Shown: one piece after another, positions 21,103 to 32,021 of the stretch
How the letters are laid out: each line of letters begins with the position of its first letter
How positions within the stretch are numbered: position 1 is the first letter of the stretch
Source of the DNA: Trypanosoma brucei
Lineage: Eukaryota
Direction: 5' to 3'
NCBI GenBank assembly: GCA_000002445.1
Contig: CP000070.1
Location: forward strand, 1,504,001 to 1,568,000
DNA length: 64,000 bases
The notes under the pieces: generated by a model
What the model saw: only the letters and a program-made list of their open reading frames with translations
The model's database searches: none
What the model was told of the DNA's origin: nothing
Position numbers and translations under genes: made by a program

Positions 21103-21780
21103 CAGATGGAAAACGGGTGGATTCTAAGGGAAGTTATTCGGTGCCTCAAGTCAGACTAAACGAGACTGTGCGGATAGCGGGATGGGGAAGAGATTGTATC
21201 GGTATTCATATTTCGTTGATTACCGTCATCGTGGCGCAAGGTTGTTGAAAACCAAGTTGTGGAGGCCATTGGTTGCGTGGCGCGGGTGCTACAAAGGTTT
21301 ATAGTTGTGCACTGTCCTCCATGGAGTGGGTGCGGCAGTATCGTATTCTTAGTTAATGGTTGCTGTGTCTTCTCTTCCTGTTGTGCATAATGCTACAGGT
21401 TGTTCTCTGCTTATTTTGTTTTTTTTTCAATTTTTTCTCTATCCTTTTTTTTTTTACATTTTGCGTTGAAGTCTCGCAAATTCTACGCGTGCCCTCAATT
21501 TCAATACAGTGAGGATCGAGAGGTCCCACAGGGTAAAAGAATTTTAAAAGGTGCGGAATTTGGAGGCAAAAGCGCACTGACACCTGAAAAATAATAAACG
21601 AAAGGTAAAGGAAGTGCTCAAAAGAAAAGTTGGTGTGTGATCCTTTGTTTCCTTGAACTTGTCCCGTGTCTTCACCGCGAGCACCAGTGAAAGGATTCAC
21701 TACCAACAAGTTACCGTGTAATATATTAAAGTACGCTCAACTTTTTTTGATACGCCTCCTCTCACCAGCCAATTTGCAGG

Positions 21781-22596
21781 ATGAGCGAAGACCCAAACGG
21801 CACGCGCTGGTTGAAATCCGAAAATAACGTGGGCCGCTCACTTCTCCTTCGGGGTGGTTGGACGGAAGGCTCTGGACTTGGCAAAGAAAAGGACGGCGTC
21901 ACCACACATGTGAAGGTGCGGCAAAAAGACGGCACGATGGGAATCGGCTACGCGGGAACTGTGCATGAGACGTGGAGTACGCAGTCGGTGGCCTTCGCAG
22001 ATGTTTTAGAAAAGATCAAAGCCGCCGTTTCTGTAAATGATGATAGCGATGCGGAAGGAGGGGGATCCTCAAGCCAAGCGAAGAATGAAGAAAGGAGTGA
22101 TGCTGGTGGATGCGGAAAGGCAGCGAAACCGAGTGGGGGTCGCCACGTCGGAATGTACGCCAAGCGCCATGCCCTCAAAACAGAGTTTCTTCGAGCAAAG
22201 GACGGAAAATATTCCGAAGAGATTCTCGGTTCTGCTAGCTTCTCGCGCAAACAAGGGCGGGTCAAGGATAATACCGTGACTGCTGATGATGGTGACGATG
22301 TTGACAATGCTGAAAGTAAATCGGCTGATAGCGAGAGCTCTCGCGCTAAGCGGAAGCGGCGGCCCGCGCAAGACGAGAAAACGGAAGAGATTGCGTCAAC
22401 ATTACGGTCTGCAGTGTTGCAACGGCTAATGGTACGCACACCAAAGCACGAGCCGCGGCAGGTATCAAAGGGGAAGGCCGAAGATGGGGATGGAAGCGTT
22501 GATGATGACAGCGACAGTGGTGATGGGAATATCGTCCGTATTGTCAAGCCGTACCCACGACCGCCAAAATGCACCGATACGCCTTTCATCGAGTGA
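21781..22596 (+). CDS. G-patch domain protein (271 aa)
   Basis: ATG at 21781. Residues ~8-55 read RWLKSENNVGRSLLLRGGWTEGSGLGKEKDGVTTHVKVRQKDGTMGIGY, matching the G-patch consensus (GxxLLxxMGWxxGxGLGxxxxGxxxP). The remainder is acidic/Ser-rich and Lys/Arg-rich, typical of RNA-processing G-patch factors. Confidence 0.7.
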   Translation: MSEDPNGTRWLKSENNVGRSLLLRGGWTEGSGLGKEKDGVTTHVKVRQKDGTMGIGYAGTVHETWSTQSVAFADVLEKIKAAVSVNDDSDAEGGGSSSQAKNEERSDAGGCGKAAKPSGGRHVGMYAKRHALKTEFLRAKDGKYSEEILGSASFSRKQGRVKDNTVTADDGDDVDNAESKSADSESSRAKRKRRPAQDEKTEEIASTLRSAVLQRLMVRTPKHEPRQVSKGKAEDGDGSVDDDSDSGDGNIVRIVKPYPRPPKCTDTPFIE

Positions 22597-23713
22597 GGGC
22601 AAAGCTACTACTGGTGGAATTTACATCAAGTGGGGCTTTAGCCGTCTCCACGTGAGGAGACGGGGGAACAACAAAAGATGTTGCGTGAAAAGGTGGCCAC
22701 GTGAAGTTATATGCTTGTGAATGTCGGTGCATGCACAGCTGCATACATGCATTCTCTCTTTCGTAGCTGAGGCACTTGCATTAACTACTGCGAATAGCTA
22801 TAAACCGTCGTCTAAATCTCCGATACTTGCATTTACACGCTAACTACATATGTGTCATCTCTAGCTGTCAATCACTACGTTGCAAAATAAATTGCTGATT
22901 CTACCCTTTCGTCTTTACCAACTTATTCATTATTTTTTTTTTGCTTTCAACCGTCGCTTATGTAACCATTGTTTTGGTTTAGTAAAGACAAAGGTCAGAA
23001 ATCATAAAAAGGGGAAGCGCCAGAGCGTTAAATAGTGTTTGTCATCATCGGTATTCGAAGTGATTCTTCATATTTTGTTTCTAGTGTTGTTTTTTCACTA
23101 AACGGTTGGCTGGGTGTGAATCTTCCAGGCATTCATTCGTACCAACGCAAATAATACCCAATTTGGGGGCGCAAGTGACCGTTACGACCCTTCATTTGGG
23201 TTGTTTTTGTGTGTAACATAGTTGTGTGTAAGGTTGTTTTCGTGCCGAGGAATCTGGCTCGTGCGCACACAATTCCATAGAGAGAGAAATAAAAAGAAAA
23301 GAAAGTACAAATACAGCAGCATACTTGGGACAAAGTTAGACAAAGCAACATACACTACCAAACTAACGGTTAAGTATTAGTTATCCATAGATACAAAAGA
23401 GAAGAGAAAGAGAAAGATACTGAGATAAGACGTAGTCAGGAGGGAGTGGAGTTGTCACTTCATCAGTGTGGAAACGCGTTTTTTTTTATTTATTCGTGAG
23501 CAGCTTCAGGTGGATTAAAGGATAAACACATCGAAAATTTGAAAAAGGTGCACTGGAATCATTGCATTTGTTACTCGGAATCCTCCCCACCGACGTGGTC
23601 TTGTTCCTGAAGCAGCCTGTACAATTTCATTTTGGGGGGTTTCTGCTTCAATCTTGGGCACTGGTGAGTAAACAATATATTTGTATATATAATACGCGTG
23701 ATATATCTGCGCA

Positions 23714-25630
23714 ATGGCTGAAAAAGTACAGGTGGTGTCACGCCTGCGTCCACCCTTACGCCCCAACAGTCCTCTTTCTGTGGTGCCAGTGGACGAGCAA
23801 CGCTTGTGCGTGGCTAATCGTAGGGTGTACGACGTGGATCGTGTGTATGGTACCAATGATTCTACGGAGTATATCTTTTATGATCGTGTGGCTGCCCTTG
23901 TAGACCGCTTCCTCACTGGTTATAACGCCACGGTGCTCGCCTACGGGCAAACCGGAAGCGGCAAAACTTTCACAATGAGTGGCCTCATGCCGTTGATCTT
24001 ACGGTACACTGTGGAGCGTATGGGCGGTCACACAAAGAATTTGAGTTTTCAGTGTGTGGAGGTATACGGTGAGGTATTGAGAGATTTACTTACGAGCGAT
24101 CCAGCTGGATCGGCAAAACACCTCCATATACATGAAGTGGACAGCAGTGCTAACAATAGAAATGGCACGGCAAACAATCTCAATGCTAACAACTGCGGTG
24201 CATCCGTGGTTGTTGTCGGTGCTGCGCGCGTAAAGGCGCGAAACTTTGAGGAAATACAAGAAATTATAGACTACAGCAGCAAAATGCGCGCGACAGGGGC
24301 AACACAGATGAACGAGCACTCATCCCGAAGTCATAGCATCTTCACAATATTTAACCATGAACAACAGTCCAAACTCAACCTTGTTGATCTTGCGGGTTCG
24401 GAGCGTAACAAAAAAACACACAATGTGGGTCAGAGGTTTAGGGAGAGCTGTGCTATCAATGGGGGATTGCTAGCCCTCGGCAATGTTATTCGTGCCCTTA
24501 GTCGAAATAGCTTTAGCCATCCTGAGGCTCCTCAGCATGTTCCGTATCGCAGCAGCAAGCTGACGCGGCTGCTACAGGACTCACTTGGAGGTAATAGCAC
24601 AACGCTTCTCATTGCATGTGTGTCCGCAGATGCCGACAACACGGGTGAGACGGTACGCACAATGCAGTACAGTGCTCTTGCCGCAAGGATTTTGAACGAA
24701 CCGTTTTTACGTTTTGAAGGTCCCGCAGCAGCGTCTTTGGTGGAAGTGGAGGACGACGAAAAACGGCAGGATGAGCACGAGTGTCAACGGAATGATAATA
24801 GTGCTGCCGCCGGTGGATCCACGGAGGTAATACGACTAAGGAAGCGTGTGGCCGGTTTAGAGGAGCACCTGCAGCGCTGTCGTGAGGAGCTCAAAAATGA
24901 CGAGGTGGCCTTCGCCCAACAGATCAAATACACCAAAATGCTGCTTCAGGAGAATGAGCAACTGAAGCAACGCATATCGTCCCTTGAGGGGTTCGTACCC
25001 TCCCCTTCTATGACACCACCGGCGACCGCAGCGGCGGCAGCAGCAGCTAGAGAGATGGAGATAAATAGTGCCCGGCTTCGAGAGAGAACGGCACTGTGGC
25101 AACAACTACATAAACACCGGCGGGGGAGTCCAGAGGCTGTTCAGCAGAAATTGTCCGGGCAGGAGCCATTGGCCTCCCATCGCCTGCGATCCCCGCTAAT
25201 GGACGCGTGTGGGTTTGCTCCAATTAATGAATACAGTGGTCAGGAGTATTCATGGGAAGGAGAAAAGACGGTTATAAGTACACAATCTCAGCAACAGCAG
25301 CACTTGTTCGGCACAAACCCAGCTTTGCACAGCACAGCATGGAATGAGCCAGCCAAAGTTGTAGAATTACCCGAGAACATCAGTAATATCAATCATATAA
25401 ATGATAGCGGATCCTTGTACTACGAGTCTGAAAAGCATGTAACCGGAAGGGAAGAACAGCTCAACTTGCTGGCAAAGGAGGCGTTATATTACCAAAACAG
25501 TAACAGTGAGTTGCGGCGGCGTCTTCGCGCAGTGATGGCTTTATATGAAGCACAGCAACAAGAGGCCGCAATGCTGCGGCACGAAGTGGAGCAGATTCGT
25601 GAACTCATCGACGGGAGGTGTCAAGTATAA
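23714..25630 (+). CDS. Kinesin-like protein with an N-terminal motor domain (638 aa)
   Basis: The P-loop GQTGSGKTFTM is present, as are switch I NEHSSRSHSIF, switch II DLAGSE, and SSKLTRLLQDSLGGNSTTLLIACVS. The motor spans ~nt 23714-24730. A coiled-coil stalk follows (EHLQRCREELKNDE..., LKQRISSLEG). An Asn-rich insert sits in a motor loop (SSANNRNGTANNLNANN). Confidence 0.85.
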   Translation: MAEKVQVVSRLRPPLRPNSPLSVVPVDEQRLCVANRRVYDVDRVYGTNDSTEYIFYDRVAALVDRFLTGYNATVLAYGQTGSGKTFTMSGLMPLILRYTVERMGGHTKNLSFQCVEVYGEVLRDLLTSDPAGSAKHLHIHEVDSSANNRNGTANNLNANNCGASVVVVGAARVKARNFEEIQEIIDYSSKMRATGATQMNEHSSRSHSIFTIFNHEQQSKLNLVDLAGSERNKKTHNVGQRFRESCAINGGLLALGNVIRALSRNSFSHPEAPQHVPYRSSKLTRLLQDSLGGNSTTLLIACVSADADNTGETVRTMQYSALAARILNEPFLRFEGPAAASLVEVEDDEKRQDEHECQRNDNSAAAGGSTEVIRLRKRVAGLEEHLQRCREELKNDEVAFAQQIKYTKMLLQENEQLKQRISSLEGFVPSPSMTPPATAAAAAAAREMEINSARLRERTALWQQLHKHRRGSPEAVQQKLSGQEPLASHRLRSPLMDACGFAPINEYSGQEYSWEGEKTVISTQSQQQQHLFGTNPALHSTAWNEPAKVVELPENISNINHINDSGSLYYESEKHVTGREEQLNLLAKEALYYQNSNSELRRRLRAVMALYEAQQQEAAMLRHEVEQIRELIDGRCQV

Positions 25631-26316
25631 TATTTCCTACTGTGTTCAGCATGTCGGTCTGTTCTCTCAGTTTCTTCCTTGTTTAAAACAAGAAAAAAGG
25701 AAAAAAAAGAAACACTGAGTGGTTATTTGTATGTGTTGGGTAGCGTCTGCTCGTGCCTATTGATCGCTTCGTACTCCCACGTCAACCGGGGGATATAAGT
25801 GCTCAATTTTTAGAGTGCGTTTCGATTCCTTTTTGTTCCCCAGTTTGTGCTCACCGTGCAGACGCGGGGTAGCCGCAAGCTCAAAATGATGCTCTTTAAT
25901 GACAATAGTTGTTTGTGTGGACACGAAGGAGGTTTATGCACCCGTTCTTTTTTTTTTGGTTTCGCGCTTGTTTGGGGTTTTGCATTGTTGACAGGATTTT
26001 CATTACTACCGTCATGCTTACCTCCCTGTCGCTATATCTGTTTATTCTACAGAATTTTTTTTTTCGAAACTATCTTTGCACACTTTCCTGTCGTGTGTTC
26101 TTCAGCTCTCACTCGTTTCCTCTTCGTCATTTGGGTTTACTTGAGGTGTCGTCCGACCACCTTTACCACCTCGTATACCAGCGAATACCTGTATCTTTTT
26201 TCTCTTAGCTCTACTGAAGAACTTTTTTTTTTTGCTACCTTTACTTCCCTATTTTCGAGAGCTATTTCCAAGGTAGAGGAAACAAAAAAAAAACGCAAGT
26301 GCACAGAGAAAACCCA

Positions 26317-28044
26317 ATGCAAGCAAAGGGAGATGGGAGTGGCAGCTTTACGCAGCGTAGCCCTCGTATCATTAATGGGGAAGGCAATGAAAATGTTGCG
26401 GACACCTTAAGGCGTCGCTACGTGCAGGCCGAGCTCCAATTGCGGGAGTGTGAAGACCGTTTTCGTCGGGATTGTGCCCGTCAGGAACAGGAGTTGGAGC
26501 TCATCCAATTTGAGAATAATAAACTAAAGGTGAGGATAGAAGAGATGCGTATGGCAGAGAATGCGGTAGATAAGGAATCGTCCTCACGGTCGCCTGGTGG
26601 CGCTTGTGTCGCAGCAGAACATGACTCCAAGTTACTGAAGGCTTCCTCGCAGAAATATCGATCTGCCCGTGAGGCTGTGGAACGCGCGCGCAATGAGCTT
26701 GTTGATTTGGAGGCTCAACTGTCAGCGGCCCGTGTTCGCTTCAACGAACTGCGTTGTAGACACGGCAGTACGAGTAGCGCAGCGAATGCCAGTTCTCTCC
26801 AAACTTACCGCAACAGACGAGAAGAAGAAGAGCAAATTGAGGCTTCTCGGGCTCGGTTGCGAGGGCTTGAGTCGCATGTAGAGACCGAGTCAGATCGCCT
26901 CTCCACTCTGATTGAAGAGGGGAAGGCGATGCGATTGGAAATTGACTTGCAAATCACCATGCAGAACCAAGTAGATGCTCTGAGACAGGATCGTGAAGGG
27001 GAGATGGTGGAGATTATGAAAGAAACCTCCTTTCTTATTGAAGTGTGCAACCTGCTTGTTGAGGAACGCAGTGAGTGCGAGCATCAGCTGGCAGAATTAC
27101 GAAAGGCGGCAGAGGCAGACGCCGAAGCGTATGAAAAAGCCTTTTACGAGCTTGTTGCCGTAGAGGACCGTAATAAAATCCAGGCGCAGAATGTAAGGGA
27201 GGGCATTGACAAGCTGACAGATGAATTAGCTGAAGTTGTCAAGGAGCGCACCGCCGCGGAGCACGATCTTGTAAACAAGCACAACGAGACCGGTGCTGCT
27301 GCCCAGGATGATATGGATGAAGACGGTGATGGTCTCGAGAGTCAGCTAAAAGAGTTTGAAGTCTACCTCAACCGTCTAGGGAAAATTGTCGGCACTTGCG
27401 ATCTTGCTGAGGTCGAGAGTTACGTCTGCGATGAAAATGGGGAGCGGTTCCAGTTGTATAATGTCATACAAAGCAAACAAAGCGCCGCGCGGGAACTTGA
27501 GGAGGAGAGAAATGAGCTAATGAAGAAACTCAATACTCTTGTTGACGGTACTGAAAAGCAGCGTCAGGAGCGCGAGGAGGTGAAAAGGTTGCAAAGTCAT
27601 CTGAAGGACCTGCAAGAAGAAACTGAGGCAATCGAAAAGCGGTCAGAGAAGACACGAGCAGTGCTAGCTGAATCAGTTCTTCACCTGCAGAAAACATACA
27701 CTTCTATTGGTTGTGTTGCGCCGAAGCTTGTTCTCACGAAGGAAGGCTCCACACCCTCGCTACATTCTGTGCATGAACTGTTCGCAGCCATTGAACGTCG
27801 TACGGAGGACTACTTAGCCGTTTGGTCGCATGACCGCAATGGTAACCAAGCAAAGCTAATGGGGGGGCGAACTGGACCTTTCACTGCACACTTGCTTGAC
27901 CCAATGCCAAAGTTTATAAAGGAAGAAACTGACACTTCAAAACCAGCGGGTCTGACAAAGCCCCGTCATGAACAGATCGGTATTGAACTAGACGAAGGCT
28001 ACGGCAGCGGGTTGTCGAGCCCCGCAACGGCTAGAGGAGAGTAA
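26317..28044 (+). CDS. Coiled-coil protein (~575 aa)
   Basis: The track start 26299 is GTG, so the first ATG at 26317 is taken. Heptad-rich Glu/Arg/Leu sequence throughout (ELQLRECEDRFRRDCARQEQELELIQFENNKLKVRIEEMR...), with no enzymatic motif. Confidence 0.55.
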   Translation: MQAKGDGSGSFTQRSPRIINGEGNENVADTLRRRYVQAELQLRECEDRFRRDCARQEQELELIQFENNKLKVRIEEMRMAENAVDKESSSRSPGGACVAAEHDSKLLKASSQKYRSAREAVERARNELVDLEAQLSAARVRFNELRCRHGSTSSAANASSLQTYRNRREEEEQIEASRARLRGLESHVETESDRLSTLIEEGKAMRLEIDLQITMQNQVDALRQDREGEMVEIMKETSFLIEVCNLLVEERSECEHQLAELRKAAEADAEAYEKAFYELVAVEDRNKIQAQNVREGIDKLTDELAEVVKERTAAEHDLVNKHNETGAAAQDDMDEDGDGLESQLKEFEVYLNRLGKIVGTCDLAEVESYVCDENGERFQLYNVIQSKQSAARELEEERNELMKKLNTLVDGTEKQRQEREEVKRLQSHLKDLQEETEAIEKRSEKTRAVLAESVLHLQKTYTSIGCVAPKLVLTKEGSTPSLHSVHELFAAIERRTEDYLAVWSHDRNGNQAKLMGGRTGPFTAHLLDPMPKFIKEETDTSKPAGLTKPRHEQIGIELDEGYGSGLSSPATARGE

Positions 28045-29676
28045 ACACGCGGACCACTTACTGGAAAACAAATGGAAAGCTACAACAAGGGTTGTAGCTC
28101 AATTCTAACGTGGGTGCGTAGTTGCAGCGAGAGGATGTGGGCGGGGAATAATAACCATTAGAGGCCCCTTTACTCCTTTTTTTTAGATTTGTATCTTCCC
28201 TCGTTCCTTAGCGTTTGCGCCGGACGTTCCAGGAAGCGTACAGCAACGGAAGGGGCACGCCCCGGGCTATACTCGTTTTGGTAAGGGGACAAGGAGGGGG
28301 AATGACACAATTAGAAACGGTAAAAAGTTAATGCGGTGCGAAAGGGCGGAAGGCGCTGCGATTTAGAGTGGCACGTTATGCACTGACTTGTGCACTTGAC
28401 GTTATTTTTTTTTTGTTTAGTATTCTGTTTCTTTTCTCGTGAGGAAAACTTTCCGCCGCTATGTACTTTTTCGTTTTGTCTTTCTCGGCACGAGCCCATT
28501 CCTTCCCACTCCCGCAGCTTTATTGTGTTGTGCGAAGTGTCCCCCCCCCCCTCCGTTAGTGCCCTCACGTTACATCTCTCACATGTCGTTGTTTTATTCT
28601 TCAGTTATACACACAATGTGGGTCGAGTAGTTATACATCTCATTTTTCCGTTCCTCTTGTCTACTTACTCTCGCTCTGTGTCAAGTGCGTTGTGAATGGA
28701 CGCCGTAACATTTTCGCTCACTGGGATCTCACTCACCATCCCAGTGAGAAATTAGATGCGGCCGCGTTAGTAGGGGAGGGCGATCCTCAGTTGTTGTTAT
28801 TGTTGTTTTTGTCCGTATGTGTATGTGTGTGTCCTTGTTTGGGATGAAACGTTGCCTCACGTTTCCAATGTTTCCTATAGATGCTCTTGTTTCATTACAC
28901 TATGTTGATTTCTGTGTTTTGGCTTTTCGCTGTGACACTCATGGCTATCCCTGGGCTGGTGTGCCTCGGTGTTATGTACATAATTTACCGCCACAAGCCG
29001 AAAAAGCAGGGTTAAGACATTAAAGACACCCCGTCCCTTCGTGGTGGCAGCCATTTTTCTTTTTTCTTTGTAAATTTTATGTTTGTTCCCTCGGTTCTGC
29101 CTAAACGAGAAGGCTACCGGTAGTAGCAGTGGAAGCGGTTAAGGGAGGTAAGTGGTTACTTCCCATCCCATGTTTTCCACTATCGTTATTCTCTGCATCA
29201 CCCCGGGGTGACTCTGTGGCACCTCGATTTTTATGGCAGTGGAACAGCAGCGAAGGAAAACACATGTAGAAAGTGGGGCCAATGGTTTCGGGTGGAGGCA
29301 ATGGCAACGGTCGCACCTATTGATGGGGGAAAAGAAAGAATGTTGTAGCGGAGTAGAAATATTCATCCAGTTAATGAGAATCTATCGACTCCTGCGGTTT
29401 CGTACTTCCTCGTCATCAATATATCTGTGGGTGTGTCATGCCGTTTGTTTGTGTTGGTCAGTTTACTTCTGGAAGGACCATACACATTGTCCTTGCTTGT
29501 ACTCGTCCCTTCTCCTCCTTCTTCTTACGCCGCTCGTCACCAGGTATATATCACCGACGCGGGTGTAGCTGTTTAAGCATCACGCCGCGGATAAGGAAGC
29601 TATAGATACTACAGGCATATAATCATATATAGTTTCATATATATATATATATTAGGTATTCATTACATCTAGCGGC

Positions 29677-30600
29677 ATGGCTACTAACGTTGCTTCCGTG
29701 AGTGACAAACAACAATTGTGGCATTCTACCCTGTTGCTGGAGCGACTCTCTACGCGTCGTGTCTTCCAAAATGAAGGCCTTCAGTGCGCCGCTTCTGTAA
29801 TGCGCTCTGAAGCAGCGAGAGCCGATGGGCGGCTGTGCGACGATTTCGAGGCGGTTCTGCGTGGGAATGCCTTGTATATTCGCCGCTTTGCCTGTGATGA
29901 AGACGATATGGCGCTTTACAATAGACTAAAGGGAGAACTCATTGCCGCAACTGGGGCAGAGATGTCAAAGGACGGTGGTTTGATTGAGTGGAGCCGACAC
30001 CAAATTTTCGAGAATCCAACAGACATCAGTGAGACTTTCAACGCAGTTGTGGAGATGCTGGCGGAGTACTTTGATGTGGATGTATACGCCACGCGGCTGA
30101 ATTACTATCGTGATGGCCAGCAGTGGAAACCGCAGCATCATGATAGTCATGCGTACGGCACAGTTAAAACCAGTAACAACGGAGAGGAGCCGCAGCGGGA
30201 GGATTTTACTGTTGGGATAACACTTGGGGCTACACGGAGCCTGCTTTTCGTTCACGAGGCTTCCGGCTACCAGTTTGAGTTTCCACAGCGTAATGGTGAC
30301 TGTTTCGCATTCACAAGTGAGGTGAACAACACGTTTACACATGGTGTTCCCCGTGTCAATACACCCATTGGCGATCGCTTTAGCATTATAGCGTGGGGAC
30401 GACGTCGCTCCTTAAATGAACGTAATGGCGGATCTGTTGTTGGAGGCGCGAAGCTTCAAGGGAAGGAGCCACAAACGGTAGAGGAGGCCATTGAAATGGC
30501 GCATCAACTTGTGTCACGTGGGCCAGCACCAACTCAAACTACTGAGAAAAGGACAGAGAAGGCTGCAACCAAAAACAAGAAAAAAAATCGATTGCAGTGA
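29677..30600 (+). CDS. AlkB-like 2-oxoglutarate/Fe(II)-dependent dioxygenase (alkylation-damage repair family)
   Basis: ATG at 29677. Motifs match AlkB in order: RLNYYRDGQQWKPQHHDSH (N-Y-G...HxD), VGITLGATRSLLFVH (SLG...F), NGDCFAFTSEVNNTFTHGVPR (GD...HGV, distal His) and GDRFSIIAWGRR (RxS/RxNxTxR). A basic Lys-rich C-terminal tail follows. Confidence 0.75.
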   Translation: MATNVASVSDKQQLWHSTLLLERLSTRRVFQNEGLQCAASVMRSEAARADGRLCDDFEAVLRGNALYIRRFACDEDDMALYNRLKGELIAATGAEMSKDGGLIEWSRHQIFENPTDISETFNAVVEMLAEYFDVDVYATRLNYYRDGQQWKPQHHDSHAYGTVKTSNNGEEPQREDFTVGITLGATRSLLFVHEASGYQFEFPQRNGDCFAFTSEVNNTFTHGVPRVNTPIGDRFSIIAWGRRRSLNERNGGSVVGGAKLQGKEPQTVEEAIEMAHQLVSRGPAPTQTTEKRTEKAATKNKKKNRLQ

Positions 30601-31178
30601 TTTTGTGGAAGTGACATCTACGCCTATACGCATGATACGAGTATATGTGCAAGACACGGTTATATGTTTGGTATCACACACACAATAAAAAAAAAAAGGA
30701 GAAGCGGGGCGGGGAATTTGTGGGCTGAAATATGATGATGATCAAACATGAAATACAATACGGCGACGCATCACGTAGCAGCATGCTGAAACTAAATAGT
30801 GCCGTGCGGTGAGTATTTCTACTGGCATTTTAGAAGAGTTTAGCTGTCAAAACCAAAAAAAAAGACACTGTGTTGTTAGTCTGTTTTCTGTTTGCGCGTG
30901 TGGGGCGTACTCGCATACCTACCGTGTCACCCCACAAATCTGTTCGCTATTCTATTCCATTGGTTACTGTGCCATTTTTTCTTTAATGCTTTGGTCTCTT
31001 CCCGTTCTTTCTTCCCCTTTCGTTTTGCTATTGGGGGTGACGGTCCTCTTATTGGAGTGCTGAAAGTTTGAAGTCATATTTTATCTGTTTTTCTCTGTTA
31101 TTTTCCCTGTAACCTGTAATAAGTGTTTGTGTCCTGAAACCGCGGGTTATAATACACATTACTTATCAACTATCGATT

Positions 31179-32021
31179 ATGACCGACCTTCACATGAGAG
31201 AGCGGCAGGGTTTCACAGGAAAGCTGAACGATGCTCTTCTCGAAAGAGTTCATTTCGTTTCTCGGCGGCTCAACCTTCCACAAATTGAATCAAAGTTTCC
31301 ACATCTCAGCGTAAGTGACGGTTCGTGGCGTAAATCCCCTCCAGGTGACGATGTGAATCTCGCAACTTTCATTGATCACACGTTACTAAAACCTGAGGCA
31401 ACCCAAGCGCTTATAATGAAGTTGTGTAAGGAGGCGCGCGATCACAGATTTCACGCCGTCTGCGTAAATGGCAGCCGGGTACGCTGTTGTGTGAAGGCGC
31501 TGAAGGGCAGTGGTGTACGCGTTGCCGCATGTTGTGGTTTTCCACTTGGGGCTGGTAGCACTGAGGCAAAAGTGGCGGAAGCGGTTGCGGCAGTACGAGA
31601 TGGTGCCGCCGATATCGATATGGTCATTAATGTTGGTGCCGTGAAGGAGCGAAACTACTGCCTCGTGTACAGCGACATAAAAGCGGTGGTGGATGCGTGT
31701 GGCCATAATGTGACCACAAAAGTTATTTTTGAAACATGTCTTCTCACACCCGAGGAAATCATTGACTGCTGTATCCTGTCAGTCGCTGCTGGTGCATCAT
31801 TTGTGAAAACCTCCACAGGATTCAACATTGGTGGTGCCACGCCCGAAGCTGTTGATATGATGTTGGCGACTGTTGGAAACGAAGCGAAAGTAAAGGTAAG
31901 TGGTGGTGTGCGTGATCGCGAAACGGCTCTGCAATATGTGAAGGTTGGTGTATCACGCATTGGCACAAGCAGCGGTATTGCCATCATAACACATACCGAC
32001 CGCTCCCGCAGTAAATACTAA
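31179..32021 (+). CDS. DERA: Deoxyribose-phosphate aldolase (DeoC/DERA family)
   Basis: IDHTLLKPEAT, CVNGSRV, GFPLGAGSTEAKVAEAVAAVRDGAADIDMVINVG, KVIFETCLL, and FVKTSTGF (Schiff-base Lys) followed by KVSGGVRD. All the hallmark DERA motifs appear in the canonical order. Confidence 0.9.
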   Translation: MTDLHMRERQGFTGKLNDALLERVHFVSRRLNLPQIESKFPHLSVSDGSWRKSPPGDDVNLATFIDHTLLKPEATQALIMKLCKEARDHRFHAVCVNGSRVRCCVKALKGSGVRVAACCGFPLGAGSTEAKVAEAVAAVRDGAADIDMVINVGAVKERNYCLVYSDIKAVVDACGHNVTTKVIFETCLLTPEEIIDCCILSVAAGASFVKTSTGFNIGGATPEAVDMMLATVGNEAKVKVSGGVRDRETALQYVKVGVSRIGTSSGIAIITHTDRSRSKY

